DNA of 32,000 nucleotides. It comes from Pseudoalteromonas translucida KMM 520. GTDB taxonomy: Bacteria; Pseudomonadota; Gammaproteobacteria; Enterobacterales; Alteromonadaceae. The stretch lies in the NCBI RefSeq assembly GCF_001465295.1, contig NZ_CP011034.1:1500001-1532000 (forward strand), read 5' to 3'. Of the stretch, positions 9,026 through 17,773 are shown piece by piece (the first letter of the stretch is position 1; each line of letters opens with the position of its first letter). Below the pieces are notes generated by a model. The model searched no databases and was not told the DNA's origin. It was given only the letters and a program-made list of their open reading frames with translations. The translations under genes and the position numbers were made by a program.

Positions 9026-11053
9026 TTACATTACACGCATGCCAGGCTCTGAGCCGTCGTCTGGGTTAAGAATGTAAATCTCTTTACCGCCAGGGCCTGC
9101 AGCTAATACCATGCCTTCTGACATGCCAAAACGCATTTTTCGTGGTTTAAGGTTAGCAACCATAACAGTAAGCTTACCTTCTATATCCTCTGGAGCGTAA
9201 GCTGATTTGATACCCGCAAACACTTGGCGCGTTTCGCCGCCTAAATCAAGCGTTAGCTTAAGTAGTTTATCGGCGCCTTCTACGTGCTCAGCTTTAGCAA
9301 TTTTTGCTACGCGTAAGTCTACTTTTGCAAAGTCGTCAAATTCAATTTCATCACTAATTGGCTCTTTAGCCAGTGGGCTATTAGGGTCAATAGTCACTTT
9401 TGATTCTAAGCTTTCTTTTGACTCTTCAACCATTTTATTTACTTTGTCCATTTCTACACGTTGCATTAACGGTTTAAATTTATTGATAGGGTGGCTTACT
9501 AATGCATTTTGCACGCCGTCCCATGCAAGGTCGTCGTTTAAGAATGCTTCTACGTTATCGGCCATTTCAGGAAGTACAGGCTTTAAGTAGGTAATTAACA
9601 CGCGGAATAAATTAAGCCCCAATGAGCAAACTTCGTGTGCTTCTTGTTGCTTAGTTTCGTCTTTAATGAGTACCCAAGGTGCTGCGGCATCTATAAATTG
9701 GTTTGCTTTGTCGGCAAGCGCCATTATTTCGCGAATTGCACGGCTAAACTCACGGTTTTCGTAATGGGCTGTAATGCTTGGTGCCGCTGCTTGAAATTCT
9801 TTAAGCAACTGTGGTTGCATAATGGTTGCGCTTAGCTTGCCATCAAACTTTTTAGTAATAAAGCCCGCACAACGGCTTGCTATGTTTACTACTTTACCTA
9901 CTAGATCTGAGTTTACGCGTTGCGCAAAGTCCTCTAGGTTCAAATCAAGATCAACAATGCCACCGCTTAATTTTGCCGCGTAATAGTAACGTAAATATTC
10001 AGGGTTTAAATTATCTAAATAAGTACGTGCTTTAATAAACGTGCCTTTAGATTTAGACATTTTTTCGCCATTTACGGTAACAAAACCGTGGGCAAATACG
10101 TTAGTTGGCTTTCTAAAATTAGCGCCTTCTAACATTGCTGGCCAAAATAAACTATGAAAATAAATAATGTCTTTACCAATAAAGTGGTAAAGCTCAGCGT
10201 CTGAATCTGCAGCCCAAAAAGCATCAAAGTCGATACCTTTTTTATCACACAGGTTTTTAAAGCTGGCCATATAACCAATAGGCGCATCTAACCAAACGTA
10301 GAAGTATTTACCTGGTGCGTTTGGTATTTCAAAACCAAAGTAAGGCGCATCACGGCTAATATCCCACTGTTGCAGGCCATCAGTAAACCACTCATCAAGC
10401 TTGTTAGCCATTTCTTGCTGAATAGTACCCGAGTGTAACCACTCTTTTAACATGCCTTCAAATGCTGGCAGATCAAAAAAGTAATGCTCAGAATCTTTTA
10501 AAATAGGCTCAGCACCAGACATAACCGAGCGCGGGTTAATTAAATCTGTAGGGCTGTATGTTGCGCCACATGAGTCGCAGTTGTCGCCATTTTGATTTTC
10601 AGACTTACAAGTTGGGCACGTACCGGTTACAAAGCGATCGGGTAAAAATATGCCTTTTTCTGGGTCGAACAACTGCGAAATAGTGTGTCTTTTAATATGC
10701 CCTGCATCGTTTAGGCGATTATAAATAAGCTCACTCAGCTCTTTATTTTCTTGGCTGTGGGTACTGTGATAATTATCAAACTTAATATTAAAGTCGGCAA
10801 AGTCGCGTTGACGCTCAATACTTACTTTTTCTACCGCTTCTTCAGGCGTGATCCCTTGCTTTTGCGCGTTAAGCATAATAGGCGTGCCATGGGCATCGTC
10901 GGCGCAAACATAATAGGCTTCGTGGCCTTGGAGTTTTTGAAAACGTGACCAAATATCAGTTTGAATATATTCCAATAAATGACCTAAGTGAGTAGGGCCA
11001 TTTGCATAAGGTAATGCGCTGGTAATCAGGATCTTTCGCTGTGCCATAATCAT
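9026..11053 (-). CDS. metG: Methionine--tRNA ligase
   Basis: Has the HIGH-type motif [18 protein letters not shown], a CxxC...CxxC zinc knuckle (CPTCKS...CDSCG) and a C-terminal tRNA-binding (EMAP-like) domain. Colinear with E. coli MetG. The start could be 11053 or the Met at 11047. Confidence 0.97.
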   Translation of the reverse strand: MIMAQRKILITSALPYANGPTHLGHLLEYIQTDIWSRFQKLQGHEAYYVCADDAHGTPIMLNAQKQGITPEEAVEKVSIERQRDFADFNIKFDNYHSTHSQENKELSELIYNRLNDAGHIKRHTISQLFDPEKGIFLPDRFVTGTCPTCKSENQNGDNCDSCGATYSPTDLINPRSVMSGAEPILKDSEHYFFDLPAFEGMLKEWLHSGTIQQEMANKLDEWFTDGLQQWDISRDAPYFGFEIPNAPGKYFYVWLDAPIGYMASFKNLCDKKGIDFDAFWAADSDAELYHFIGKDIIYFHSLFWPAMLEGANFRKPTNVFAHGFVTVNGEKMSKSKGTFIKARTYLDNLNPEYLRYYYAAKLSGGIVDLDLNLEDFAQRVNSDLVGKVVNIASRCAGFITKKFDGKLSATIMQPQLLKEFQAAAPSITAHYENREFSRAIREIMALADKANQFIDAAAPWVLIKDETKQQEAHEVCSLGLNLFRVLITYLKPVLPEMADNVEAFLNDDLAWDGVQNALVSHPINKFKPLMQRVEMDKVNKMVEESKESLESKVTIDPNSPLAKEPISDEIEFDDFAKVDLRVAKIAKAEHVEGADKLLKLTLDLGGETRQVFAGIKSAYAPEDIEGKLTVMVANLKPRKMRFGMSEGMVLAAGPGGKEIYILNPDDGSEPGMRVM

Positions 11054-11223
11054 TCCGAATTGACGGTTCCTATTAAGGAACGGATGAAAATCATTAATTT
11101 ATTTACAAGCTAAGCGCTAACAACGCAACAGCTTGTGGATTTGTATTAATTGACTGGTGTTAATGCCCTGAATGTTACATAATTCCGAGGCACTTTTCAT
11201 CAAAGAAACGTTATTTAATTACT

Positions 11224-12300
11224 ATGTTTGGACTGTCGAAACTATTCTCTTCTAAATCGGTGCAAAAACAACCGATCTTTGCTGCTTTAGCCGCGTATCG
11301 TAGTGCCGCTTTTGCTGTGGGTATTGATGAAAGCTTCATTAAGAATATCACCCAAAACGACGACAAATCGCTCGCTATTACTTTAATTTTGCCATTTGCG
11401 GCACAATCAGAAATGCCAATGGTGGCAGAGCATGTCACTAACGCTCTCAAGGTGGCAGTAACCGTGTCGGCCACGGTAGAGCTTAAAGAGCCTGCAAAAT
11501 TTAAAACAATTAAACATATTGTGCTTATTGCCTCAGGTAAAGGCGGTGTGGGTAAATCGACTACGGCCGTTAATTTAGCAGGCGCGCTGCACAGCGAAGG
11601 CGCAAAAGTTGGCATTTTAGATGCCGACATTTATGGCCCGTCAATCCCTATGCTTTTAGGCTTGGTAGGCGCAGAGCCCATCACTAAAGATAACAAACAG
11701 TTACAGCCTTTTGATGCAAACGGCATTAAAGCACAATCAATCGGCTTTTTAGTACCCAGCGATGACGCCACTGTATGGCGTGGGCCAATGGCATCGGGAG
11801 CGCTTAGCCAGCTGCTTAATGAAACCGATTGGGGCGAGCTTGACTACCTTATTGTTGATATGCCACCAGGTACGGGTGATATTCAACTTACCATGAGCCA
11901 AAAAGTACCGGCAAGTGGCACAGTAATTGTTACCACACCCCAAGATTTAGCCTTAGCCGATGCGCAAAAAGGCATAGCCATGTTTAATAAAGTAAACGTG
12001 CCAGTGCTGGGCTTAATTGAAAATATGAGCCATTACATTTGCAGCCACTGCGGCGAGGCAAACCACGTATTTGGTAAAGATGGCGCACAAAAACTAGCAC
12101 ACAAACACGGTGTGCCTGTGCTATCACACATTCCGCTTGCAATAGATATTCGAGAATACTCTGAGCAGGGCAAACTTATTGCTTGCGATAACACGGCAGC
12201 AATAAGCAAAACTTACAGCGCAGCAGCGCGGCTAATAGCCAGCACGCTTTACTATCAACAGCATCACAACTCGGTAGAGATTGTGATTACGGATGATTAA
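11224..12300 (+). CDS. apbC: Fe-S cluster carrier ATPase ApbC/Mrp
   Basis: Deviant Walker A IASGKGGVGKSTTAVNLA, plus DADIYGPS, DMPPGTGD and the CxxC motif CSHCG. Divergent from metG, as in E. coli. Confidence 0.93.
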   Translation: MFGLSKLFSSKSVQKQPIFAALAAYRSAAFAVGIDESFIKNITQNDDKSLAITLILPFAAQSEMPMVAEHVTNALKVAVTVSATVELKEPAKFKTIKHIVLIASGKGGVGKSTTAVNLAGALHSEGAKVGILDADIYGPSIPMLLGLVGAEPITKDNKQLQPFDANGIKAQSIGFLVPSDDATVWRGPMASGALSQLLNETDWGELDYLIVDMPPGTGDIQLTMSQKVPASGTVIVTTPQDLALADAQKGIAMFNKVNVPVLGLIENMSHYICSHCGEANHVFGKDGAQKLAHKHGVPVLSHIPLAIDIREYSEQGKLIACDNTAAISKTYSAAARLIASTLYYQQHHNSVEIVITDD

Positions 12301-12306
12301 TACACC

Positions 12307-12891
12307 ATGAGACTTTCAGATACACATATTAAAGAATACTTAAACGATGGCCGTATTGTTATTGAGCCTGCACCCACAGATGAGATGATTTCGGGTGTAA
12401 CTGCCGACTTACGCTTAGGTAATAAATTTAGAACTTTTCATGCACATACAGCAGCATATGTAGATTTAAGTGGCCCTAAAGATCAGCTCAATAAAGCCAT
12501 GGAGTCAATCATGAGCGACGAAATTGTGCTTGATGAAGGCGAAGCATTTTTTTTACACCCAGGCGAGCTTGCACTGGCTATTACCTATGAAAAAGTAACA
12601 CTGCCAGCAGATATTGTAGGCTGGCTAGATGGACGTTCATCGCTGGCACGATTAGGTTTAATGGTGCATGTAACCGCGCATCGTATTGATCCCGGTTGGA
12701 GTGGTAATATTGTTTTAGAGTTTTATAACTCAGGTAAACTCCCTCTAGCACTAAGACCTATGATGAAAATTGGTGCTATGAGTTTTGAAACACTTACAGG
12801 CCCTTGTGCTAATCCTTACAATACGCGTAAAGATGCTAAGTACAAAGATCAAAATAGTGCCGTAGCAAGTCGTATTAGCGACGATAGGTAA
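12307..12891 (+). CDS. dcd: dCTP deaminase
   Basis: Colinear with E. coli Dcd (MRL.D..I...L..GR..I.P). 194 aa. Lies 6 nt downstream of apbC. Confidence 0.95.
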   Translation: MRLSDTHIKEYLNDGRIVIEPAPTDEMISGVTADLRLGNKFRTFHAHTAAYVDLSGPKDQLNKAMESIMSDEIVLDEGEAFFLHPGELALAITYEKVTLPADIVGWLDGRSSLARLGLMVHVTAHRIDPGWSGNIVLEFYNSGKLPLALRPMMKIGAMSFETLTGPCANPYNTRKDAKYKDQNSAVASRISDDR

Positions 12892-12908
12892 TGATTAAAT
12901 AAAGCACT

Positions 12909-13706
12909 TTACTCATCTAACTTATGAAGCGCATAACCTAGTAGTTCAAAATACTGGTTAAGCGCTTTATTTGCAGTGTTAATGTGCTCATCATCTGGGT
13001 ATATTAAATCACTACTTTTTAGCCCACTGACTAAAAAGCTGTTTTTTATATGCGGGTGGCAGGCTATACAGGCTTCAAAGCAACGCGCTGCAAGCTCTTC
13101 GGGCATACTCATGTAATTCATATTGTTTGCTTTATCGTATTCAATGCACGTTTGTACAAAGCGGTTTGCAGCAAGGCCCTGTGCATCTAAAAATACGTTT
13201 TTATAAAAATTATTAAGTGTATTATTGAGCGGGTGCGATAAATTAGGCGTGTTTGATAACCACAGTTTAGATGCAAAACCAAAGCGTGGTTTAGCTGCAA
13301 ATAAATGCTCACTTATATGATGGTCAAAAGCATGAAACCATTCATGGGCGAGCGCCCCCCCGCCGGCATTTTTTGCAAGGGCAAGTGTTTGGCTTGCTGC
13401 ATTATAATGCGCTTGTACATGTTTTTGCCCGCCAGCACCAAAAGCAAAATTGAGTTTACCGCGCAGGCCAATTGCTTTAGGTGGTAAGTGCAGTATTTGT
13501 GCTAAGTCGGCAAGCGCATCATAAATTAAATTTGCACTAATATAGCGCTCTTCTTTGTTTACCCATTTACCTACCACCATAGATCTAAAACCAAAAGTGT
13601 CTCTTATATCGCTAAAATCAACTTGATCGTCAAAACGATAATCGGGACCTTGACGGCTAAAACCGCGTTTTAATCTATTTTGATAATTACGCATTGCTAA
13701 TATCAT
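12909..13706 (-). CDS. Uncharacterised HExxH (zincin-like) protein, 265 aa
   Basis: HEWFH at 13332-13346 (residues 121-125), followed by AFDHH. The N-terminal half (FGFRSMVVGKWV ... LRGKLNFAFGAGG ... AHY ... GGGALAHEWFHAFDH) resembles, from memory, LPD1/'CLCA_X'-type domains. No signal peptide. Confidence 0.7.
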   Translation of the reverse strand: MILAMRNYQNRLKRGFSRQGPDYRFDDQVDFSDIRDTFGFRSMVVGKWVNKEERYISANLIYDALADLAQILHLPPKAIGLRGKLNFAFGAGGQKHVQAHYNAASQTLALAKNAGGGALAHEWFHAFDHHISEHLFAAKPRFGFASKLWLSNTPNLSHPLNNTLNNFYKNVFLDAQGLAANRFVQTCIEYDKANNMNYMSMPEELAARCFEACIACHPHIKNSFLVSGLKSSDLIYPDDEHINTANKALNQYFELLGYALHKLDE

Positions 13707-13727
13707 TTATAAAAAACTAATCATACA

Positions 13728-14321
13728 TTATAAGTAACGTGCTTTTACGTGAGCAGGCATGTGCTGGGTTTGTTTTTGTATTAATTCATCAAGTAAATTA
13801 TAAAGTGGGACAGGGTTTAACTGTTCAATAAGCTGTAAACTATGTGCAACGGCCTCAAGCGTTGACAAACTATCTGCGCGGGGAGCTTTACGTATTGTGT
13901 AACGATTTTTAGGTAAATTAGCAAAGCTTACAGTTTTAAATCGTTGCAGTAGCGAGCTTAGCTGTAAAATTTTATAGGCTTTTTTCCACGTACCATCAAT
14001 AACAATTAAGTGCGTAATAGGCTGTAGTGTGTTTAGCGCGCCGTTATTATCTAAATTTATAGCTTGCTCGTTAGGGTAAAGTAAAACGGTTGAACTGGCA
14101 GGTAGGGCGCTAAGCTGCGCAAAGTCGTTATTACTTTCGCCTTTGATTATTTGGCAATCAGTTAGGCATAAATTTAATAGTTTAGCGGTGTTTTTTGTTA
14201 CCTTTTCTTCACTAGGGTGCTGTAAAATAATCACTTTTACTTTATTGTTAATAGAGGTTACAGCACTGCAAATACAAGTATTAAGTGCGAACAAACAAAA
14301 ATTACACAGTGGGCGAGCCAT
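13728..14321 (-). CDS. tapT: DTW-domain tRNA-uridine aminocarboxypropyltransferase (TapT/YfiP-like)
   Basis: N-terminal Cys cluster CNFCLFALNTCIC and the DTW motif VIDGTWKKA. Size (197 aa) fits the DTW family. Confidence 0.78.
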   Translation of the reverse strand: MARPLCNFCLFALNTCICSAVTSINNKVKVIILQHPSEEKVTKNTAKLLNLCLTDCQIIKGESNNDFAQLSALPASSTVLLYPNEQAINLDNNGALNTLQPITHLIVIDGTWKKAYKILQLSSLLQRFKTVSFANLPKNRYTIRKAPRADSLSTLEAVAHSLQLIEQLNPVPLYNLLDELIQKQTQHMPAHVKARYL

Positions 14322-14458
14322 TTAAACTACTTTTGGTAAAGGTATATTATGAGTAATTATACATTTATAAGGTAATTAAGTTGGATTTTTTTACGCTTAG
14401 CTATAGAGTGTTGTAGATTAAAGTTAATTAAGTATAGATTGTTTTTAAGGGTTAAAAT

Positions 14459-14803
14459 ATGACAGAAGTAAGTATTAACGAAGCAGCATTAGAGAGTATG
14501 GAATCGTTATTAGGTGAGCAATTTGCAGCTACTCTCGACTTTTGTTGTGTAGAATTTGAGCGTTTAGGCTCAGAAGTGTTGGCCACAATTGGGCAAGACA
14601 AAGAAGCATCGGTGCGCCACGCCCATAGTTTAAAGTCGAATGCGGCTCAGTTTGGTGCCGATAGCTTAGCCGCAGTAGCGGGTGAAATTGAACAAAGTTT
14701 AAATAACGATAACTTAGCTCAAGCCACTGCTGCATCAGCGCAGTTAATGACGCAAGTAACGCAATCTCAAACGCTATTAAATAACTGGTTGGCATCACGT
14801 TAA
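14459..14803 (+). CDS. Stand-alone histidine phosphotransfer (Hpt) domain protein, 114 aa
   Basis: Hpt signature HAHSLKSNAAQFGA. The predicted phospho-His is His56 (codon 14624-14626). Predicted all-helical. Confidence 0.75.
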   Translation: MTEVSINEAALESMESLLGEQFAATLDFCCVEFERLGSEVLATIGQDKEASVRHAHSLKSNAAQFGADSLAAVAGEIEQSLNNDNLAQATAASAQLMTQVTQSQTLLNNWLASR

Positions 14804-14932
14804 ACAGATAAGTAAAGGCGTAGGTTTAGGCATTAAACATGAATTTATTTCAGTATTAAGTTACTAAATTGACTAGTGTTTTACGTCTTTACTAAGTTAT
14901 TCTAAGGGTATTCGTGCCCTTTAGAGGTAGTA

Positions 14933-16150
14933 ATGTCAGAAATTAAAAAGAGTCATAAATTAGACGGTGTCTGTTATGACATTCGCGGCCCTGTTTTAGT
15001 CCAAGCTAAAAAAATGGAAGACGAAGGCCAAAAAGTTTTAAAGCTAAACATTGGTAATCCGGCTGCGTTTGGCTTTGATATGCCAGAAGATATGCACCGC
15101 GATATTATTCGCAATTTATATTCAGCCCAAGGTTATTGTGATTCTAAAGGGCTTTATTCGGCGCGGGTGGCTATTTATCAGCATTATCAACAACGTGGTT
15201 TATATAATTTAGATGTAGATAATATTTATATTGGCAATGGCGTTAGCGAGCTGATTCAAATGGTTACGCAGGCATTGTTAAATAATGACGATGAAGTGCT
15301 GATCCCCGCTCCCGATTATCCTCTGTGGACCGCTGCAGTTAAGCTCTCTGGTGGTAATCCGGTGCATTATTTATGTGACGAAGAGCAAGATTGGTTTCCG
15401 GATATTGCGGATATAAAAAGTAAAATCACTTCTAAAACTAAAGCATTAGTATTGATCAACCCAAATAACCCTACAGGGGCTGTATATAGCGATGATTTAC
15501 TGCAGCAGTTAATCGATATAGCGCGTGAGCATAAGTTACTACTGTTAAGTGATGAAATTTACGAAAAGATTTTATACGACGGCATTACGCATAGCTCGAT
15601 TGGTGCACTGTGCGACGATGTGCCTATTATTACCTTTAACGGTTTAGCAAAAACGTACCGTGCTGCGGGCCTAAGAATGGGTTGGATGGTGTTAAGTGGG
15701 CGTACGTCGGTTATGAGTGACTTACGCAAAGGCCTAGAAATTTTATCATCTATGCGTTTGTGCGCTAATGTGCCTGCTCAATATGCCATTCAACAAGCAT
15801 TGGGCGGAGTACAATCAATCGACAACCTAATTAATCCAGGCGGGCGTTTGTATGTACAGCGTGATATAGCGTGGCGCGGGCTCAATGCAATAGAGGGTAT
15901 TAGCTGCGTAAAACCAAAAGGTGCCTTATATGCTTTTGCTAAAGTAGATACCGCGCGCTTTAATATTAAAAGCGATGAGCAAATGATGTTTGATTTACTC
16001 AAAGCCGAAAAAATATTACTAGTACATGGCCGTGCATTTAACTGGCCTGAGCCTGATCATTTTAGATTGGTGTTTTTACCCAACAAAGATGACCTAACGG
16101 ATGCGATGAGTAAAATGCAGCGCTTTTTTAAAGATTACCGCCAAGCCTAA
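14933..16150 (+). CDS. alaA: Glutamate-pyruvate (alanine) aminotransferase AlaA
   Basis: Near-colinear with E. coli AlaA/YfbQ from the N-terminus (KS.KL..VCYDIRGPVL..AK..E.EG.KVLKLNIGNPA.FGF). Fold-type I PLP aminotransferase of 405 aa. Confidence 0.92.
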   Translation: MSEIKKSHKLDGVCYDIRGPVLVQAKKMEDEGQKVLKLNIGNPAAFGFDMPEDMHRDIIRNLYSAQGYCDSKGLYSARVAIYQHYQQRGLYNLDVDNIYIGNGVSELIQMVTQALLNNDDEVLIPAPDYPLWTAAVKLSGGNPVHYLCDEEQDWFPDIADIKSKITSKTKALVLINPNNPTGAVYSDDLLQQLIDIAREHKLLLLSDEIYEKILYDGITHSSIGALCDDVPIITFNGLAKTYRAAGLRMGWMVLSGRTSVMSDLRKGLEILSSMRLCANVPAQYAIQQALGGVQSIDNLINPGGRLYVQRDIAWRGLNAIEGISCVKPKGALYAFAKVDTARFNIKSDEQMMFDLLKAEKILLVHGRAFNWPEPDHFRLVFLPNKDDLTDAMSKMQRFFKDYRQA

Positions 16151-16165
16151 CTTTTTGAAACACAC

Positions 16166-16195
16166 AAAAAAACGAGCCAATTTAGGCTCGTTTTT
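16166..16195. terminator. Bidirectional intrinsic terminator (alaA / glycine-zipper gene)
   Basis: A-run, then CGAGCC (16173-16178), loop AATTTA, GGCTCG (16185-16190), then TTTTT. Confidence 0.75.
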
Positions 16196-16223
16196 ACTTA
16201 TGCTAAAGTTAATATAATTGCTA

Positions 16224-16691
16224 CTAATAGGCTTTATCAACACGTACGTTGTTATCGTTTAAATACACCAGCCTTACACTATCGCCTTTGCTAAAGCGCA
16301 TTGATTGGTCTTGATTTTGAACCACCATAAATTGGTCGCCATTTTCAACTTGTATTAATAACTCTACCAAATGAGTTTGTTGGTAATGGCTTTTTTGCTG
16401 TTGATTATGCGCTACATTGCCGCCAATCACTGAGCCCAAAATAGTAGCAACGGTACGCCCGCTACCACCGCCAAACTGATTACCAACAACACCGCCAAGC
16501 AAAGCGCCGCCAAATGTTTTCCAACCACTACTTTGATCTTGTACTAGCTCTTGCTCAGTAATATTACGTACTGATTGCACATCGCCAAATAGCACTTGTT
16601 GTACTGCTACTGCTTTATTACGCTCGTAATTAGCCAATGCAGGTGCACTAATTGTAAGTAATGCACACATTAATACAGTAATCGCTTTCAT
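16224..16691 (-). CDS. Glycine-zipper 2TM domain protein (secreted / outer-membrane associated)
   Basis: Signal peptide (…TISAPALA). Gly-zipper GGALLGGVVGNQFGGGSGRTVATILGSVIGGNVA. AGGAG lies 7 nt upstream of the ATG. Confidence 0.8.
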   Translation of the reverse strand: MKAITVLMCALLTISAPALANYERNKAVAVQQVLFGDVQSVRNITEQELVQDQSSGWKTFGGALLGGVVGNQFGGGSGRTVATILGSVIGGNVAHNQQQKSHYQQTHLVELLIQVENGDQFMVVQNQDQSMRFSKGDSVRLVYLNDNNVRVDKAY

Positions 16692-16707
16692 AATTAACTC
16701 CTATTGA

Positions 16708-17328
16708 CTACCAGCCAAAGGTTGATTTTTCTTTCGTTTTACGAATTTCTGTTTCGTCAGCCCATTCAACTAAGCCACTTTCCATATCCATTAAACGCAT
16801 GGTAAATTTATAGTATACGTCTGATTTGTCAGCATTGGATTTAACTATGCTTGATAAGTTGCCGTACAGCATATACTGCGCACCAATTTGTTTACCAAAT
16901 GCCACAGCCGTCGTGGGGTTAACTAATGCATCTTCGTTTTGAAATTTAAGTTGCTCACGTATAGCTTCAACTCGGGTCATATCAACAAATCTAAATTTTC
17001 CGCTACGCAGTAACTGAGTTGAAATAGAGTCGGTGATTGATTCGGTATCAATGTGCTCGCTGGTTTTGTTTTTAATTCTTTCAACAAATACTACAGGGCG
17101 TTTATTGGCGGTCATAGTGCCAACTACCGCAGAGCTTAATAGTGAATCGGTCATTTGGCTGGCTACTTTTTGTAAATCGGTAGAGCCAAAGTTAATGTCA
17201 GTGGTTTCTACGGCTTGTGCGTCGCCATAACTAACTACTGCTTTATTTGCACAACCACTTAATACTAATGCACTTAAACTAATAAGCGCGTAAGTTGAAG
17301 CTGTTTTGAATTTTTTACATATGATCAT
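16708..17328 (-). CDS. LpoB-like (COG3417 / YcfM family) lipoprotein
   Basis: Lipobox LSGC (Cys26). The globular part aligns with E. coli LpoB: VERIKNKTSEHIDTESITDSISTQLLRSGKFRFV vs VDSVNNRTNGSLNAAEATETLRNALANNGKFTLV, and GKQIGAQYMLYG vs ARNVGAHYVLYS. Confidence 0.75.
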   Translation of the reverse strand: MIICKKFKTASTYALISLSALVLSGCANKAVVSYGDAQAVETTDINFGSTDLQKVASQMTDSLLSSAVVGTMTANKRPVVFVERIKNKTSEHIDTESITDSISTQLLRSGKFRFVDMTRVEAIREQLKFQNEDALVNPTTAVAFGKQIGAQYMLYGNLSSIVKSNADKSDVYYKFTMRLMDMESGLVEWADETEIRKTKEKSTFGW

Positions 17329-17339
17329 TGTTATTTCCT

Positions 17340-17765
17340 TTATTCTTTAAATTCTTGCGCATCGGTAGACACTTCTCTTACTGCTAATGAGAAGGTAACT
17401 GCATCTGGGCTGGGTGCTAAGCCTGGTAATTGTGTTTGTGCAAAGCCAAATAAGGTAATTGCTTGCCAAGGGGAGTGATTACCCTTAATAACAAAGCCGT
17501 CTTTGTCGTACCAGTTAAATTGATACTGTAAGTATTGCGACTTTTTATATTGGCTTGCTAAGGTAACTACCACGTCAGTTAATTGGTTTGTTTGACGTGT
17601 TTTTACGTCGCTAATAGCCAGTTTTTCACCAAGCTCTGGGTTATCAACACGTAGTTGCTGATTAAATGTTTTATTACCTTGCTCAATTGCTATACCCGAT
17701 GTGTCTGGTTTGCCAGCACAGGCACTGAGTATTAAAACCGCAAATAATGGCATTATGTATCTCAT
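17340..17765 (-). CDS. YcfL-like (DUF1425) periplasmic lipoprotein
   Basis: Lipobox LSAC. YQFNWYDKDGF matches E. coli YcfL YRFYWYDARGL. AGGAG lies 5 nt upstream and overlaps the stop codon of the upstream gene. Confidence 0.7.
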   Translation of the reverse strand: MRYIMPLFAVLILSACAGKPDTSGIAIEQGNKTFNQQLRVDNPELGEKLAISDVKTRQTNQLTDVVVTLASQYKKSQYLQYQFNWYDKDGFVIKGNHSPWQAITLFGFAQTQLPGLAPSPDAVTFSLAVREVSTDAQEFKE

Positions 17766-17773
17766 AATCGCTC

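Noticed and set aside
9207-11943. Track ORFs inside metG (9207-9590, 9635-9835, 10751-10948) and apbC (11211-11630, 11749-11943)
   Set aside because: They are antisense to two highly conserved housekeeping genes, and their Ser/Ala-rich products are typical of shadow frames.
13305-17230. Track ORFs 13305-13487, 14143-14325, 14529-14798, 15790-16002 and 17033-17230
   Set aside because: Each is wholly contained antisense within a better-supported CDS (the HExxH gene, tapT, Hpt, alaA and the LpoB-like gene).
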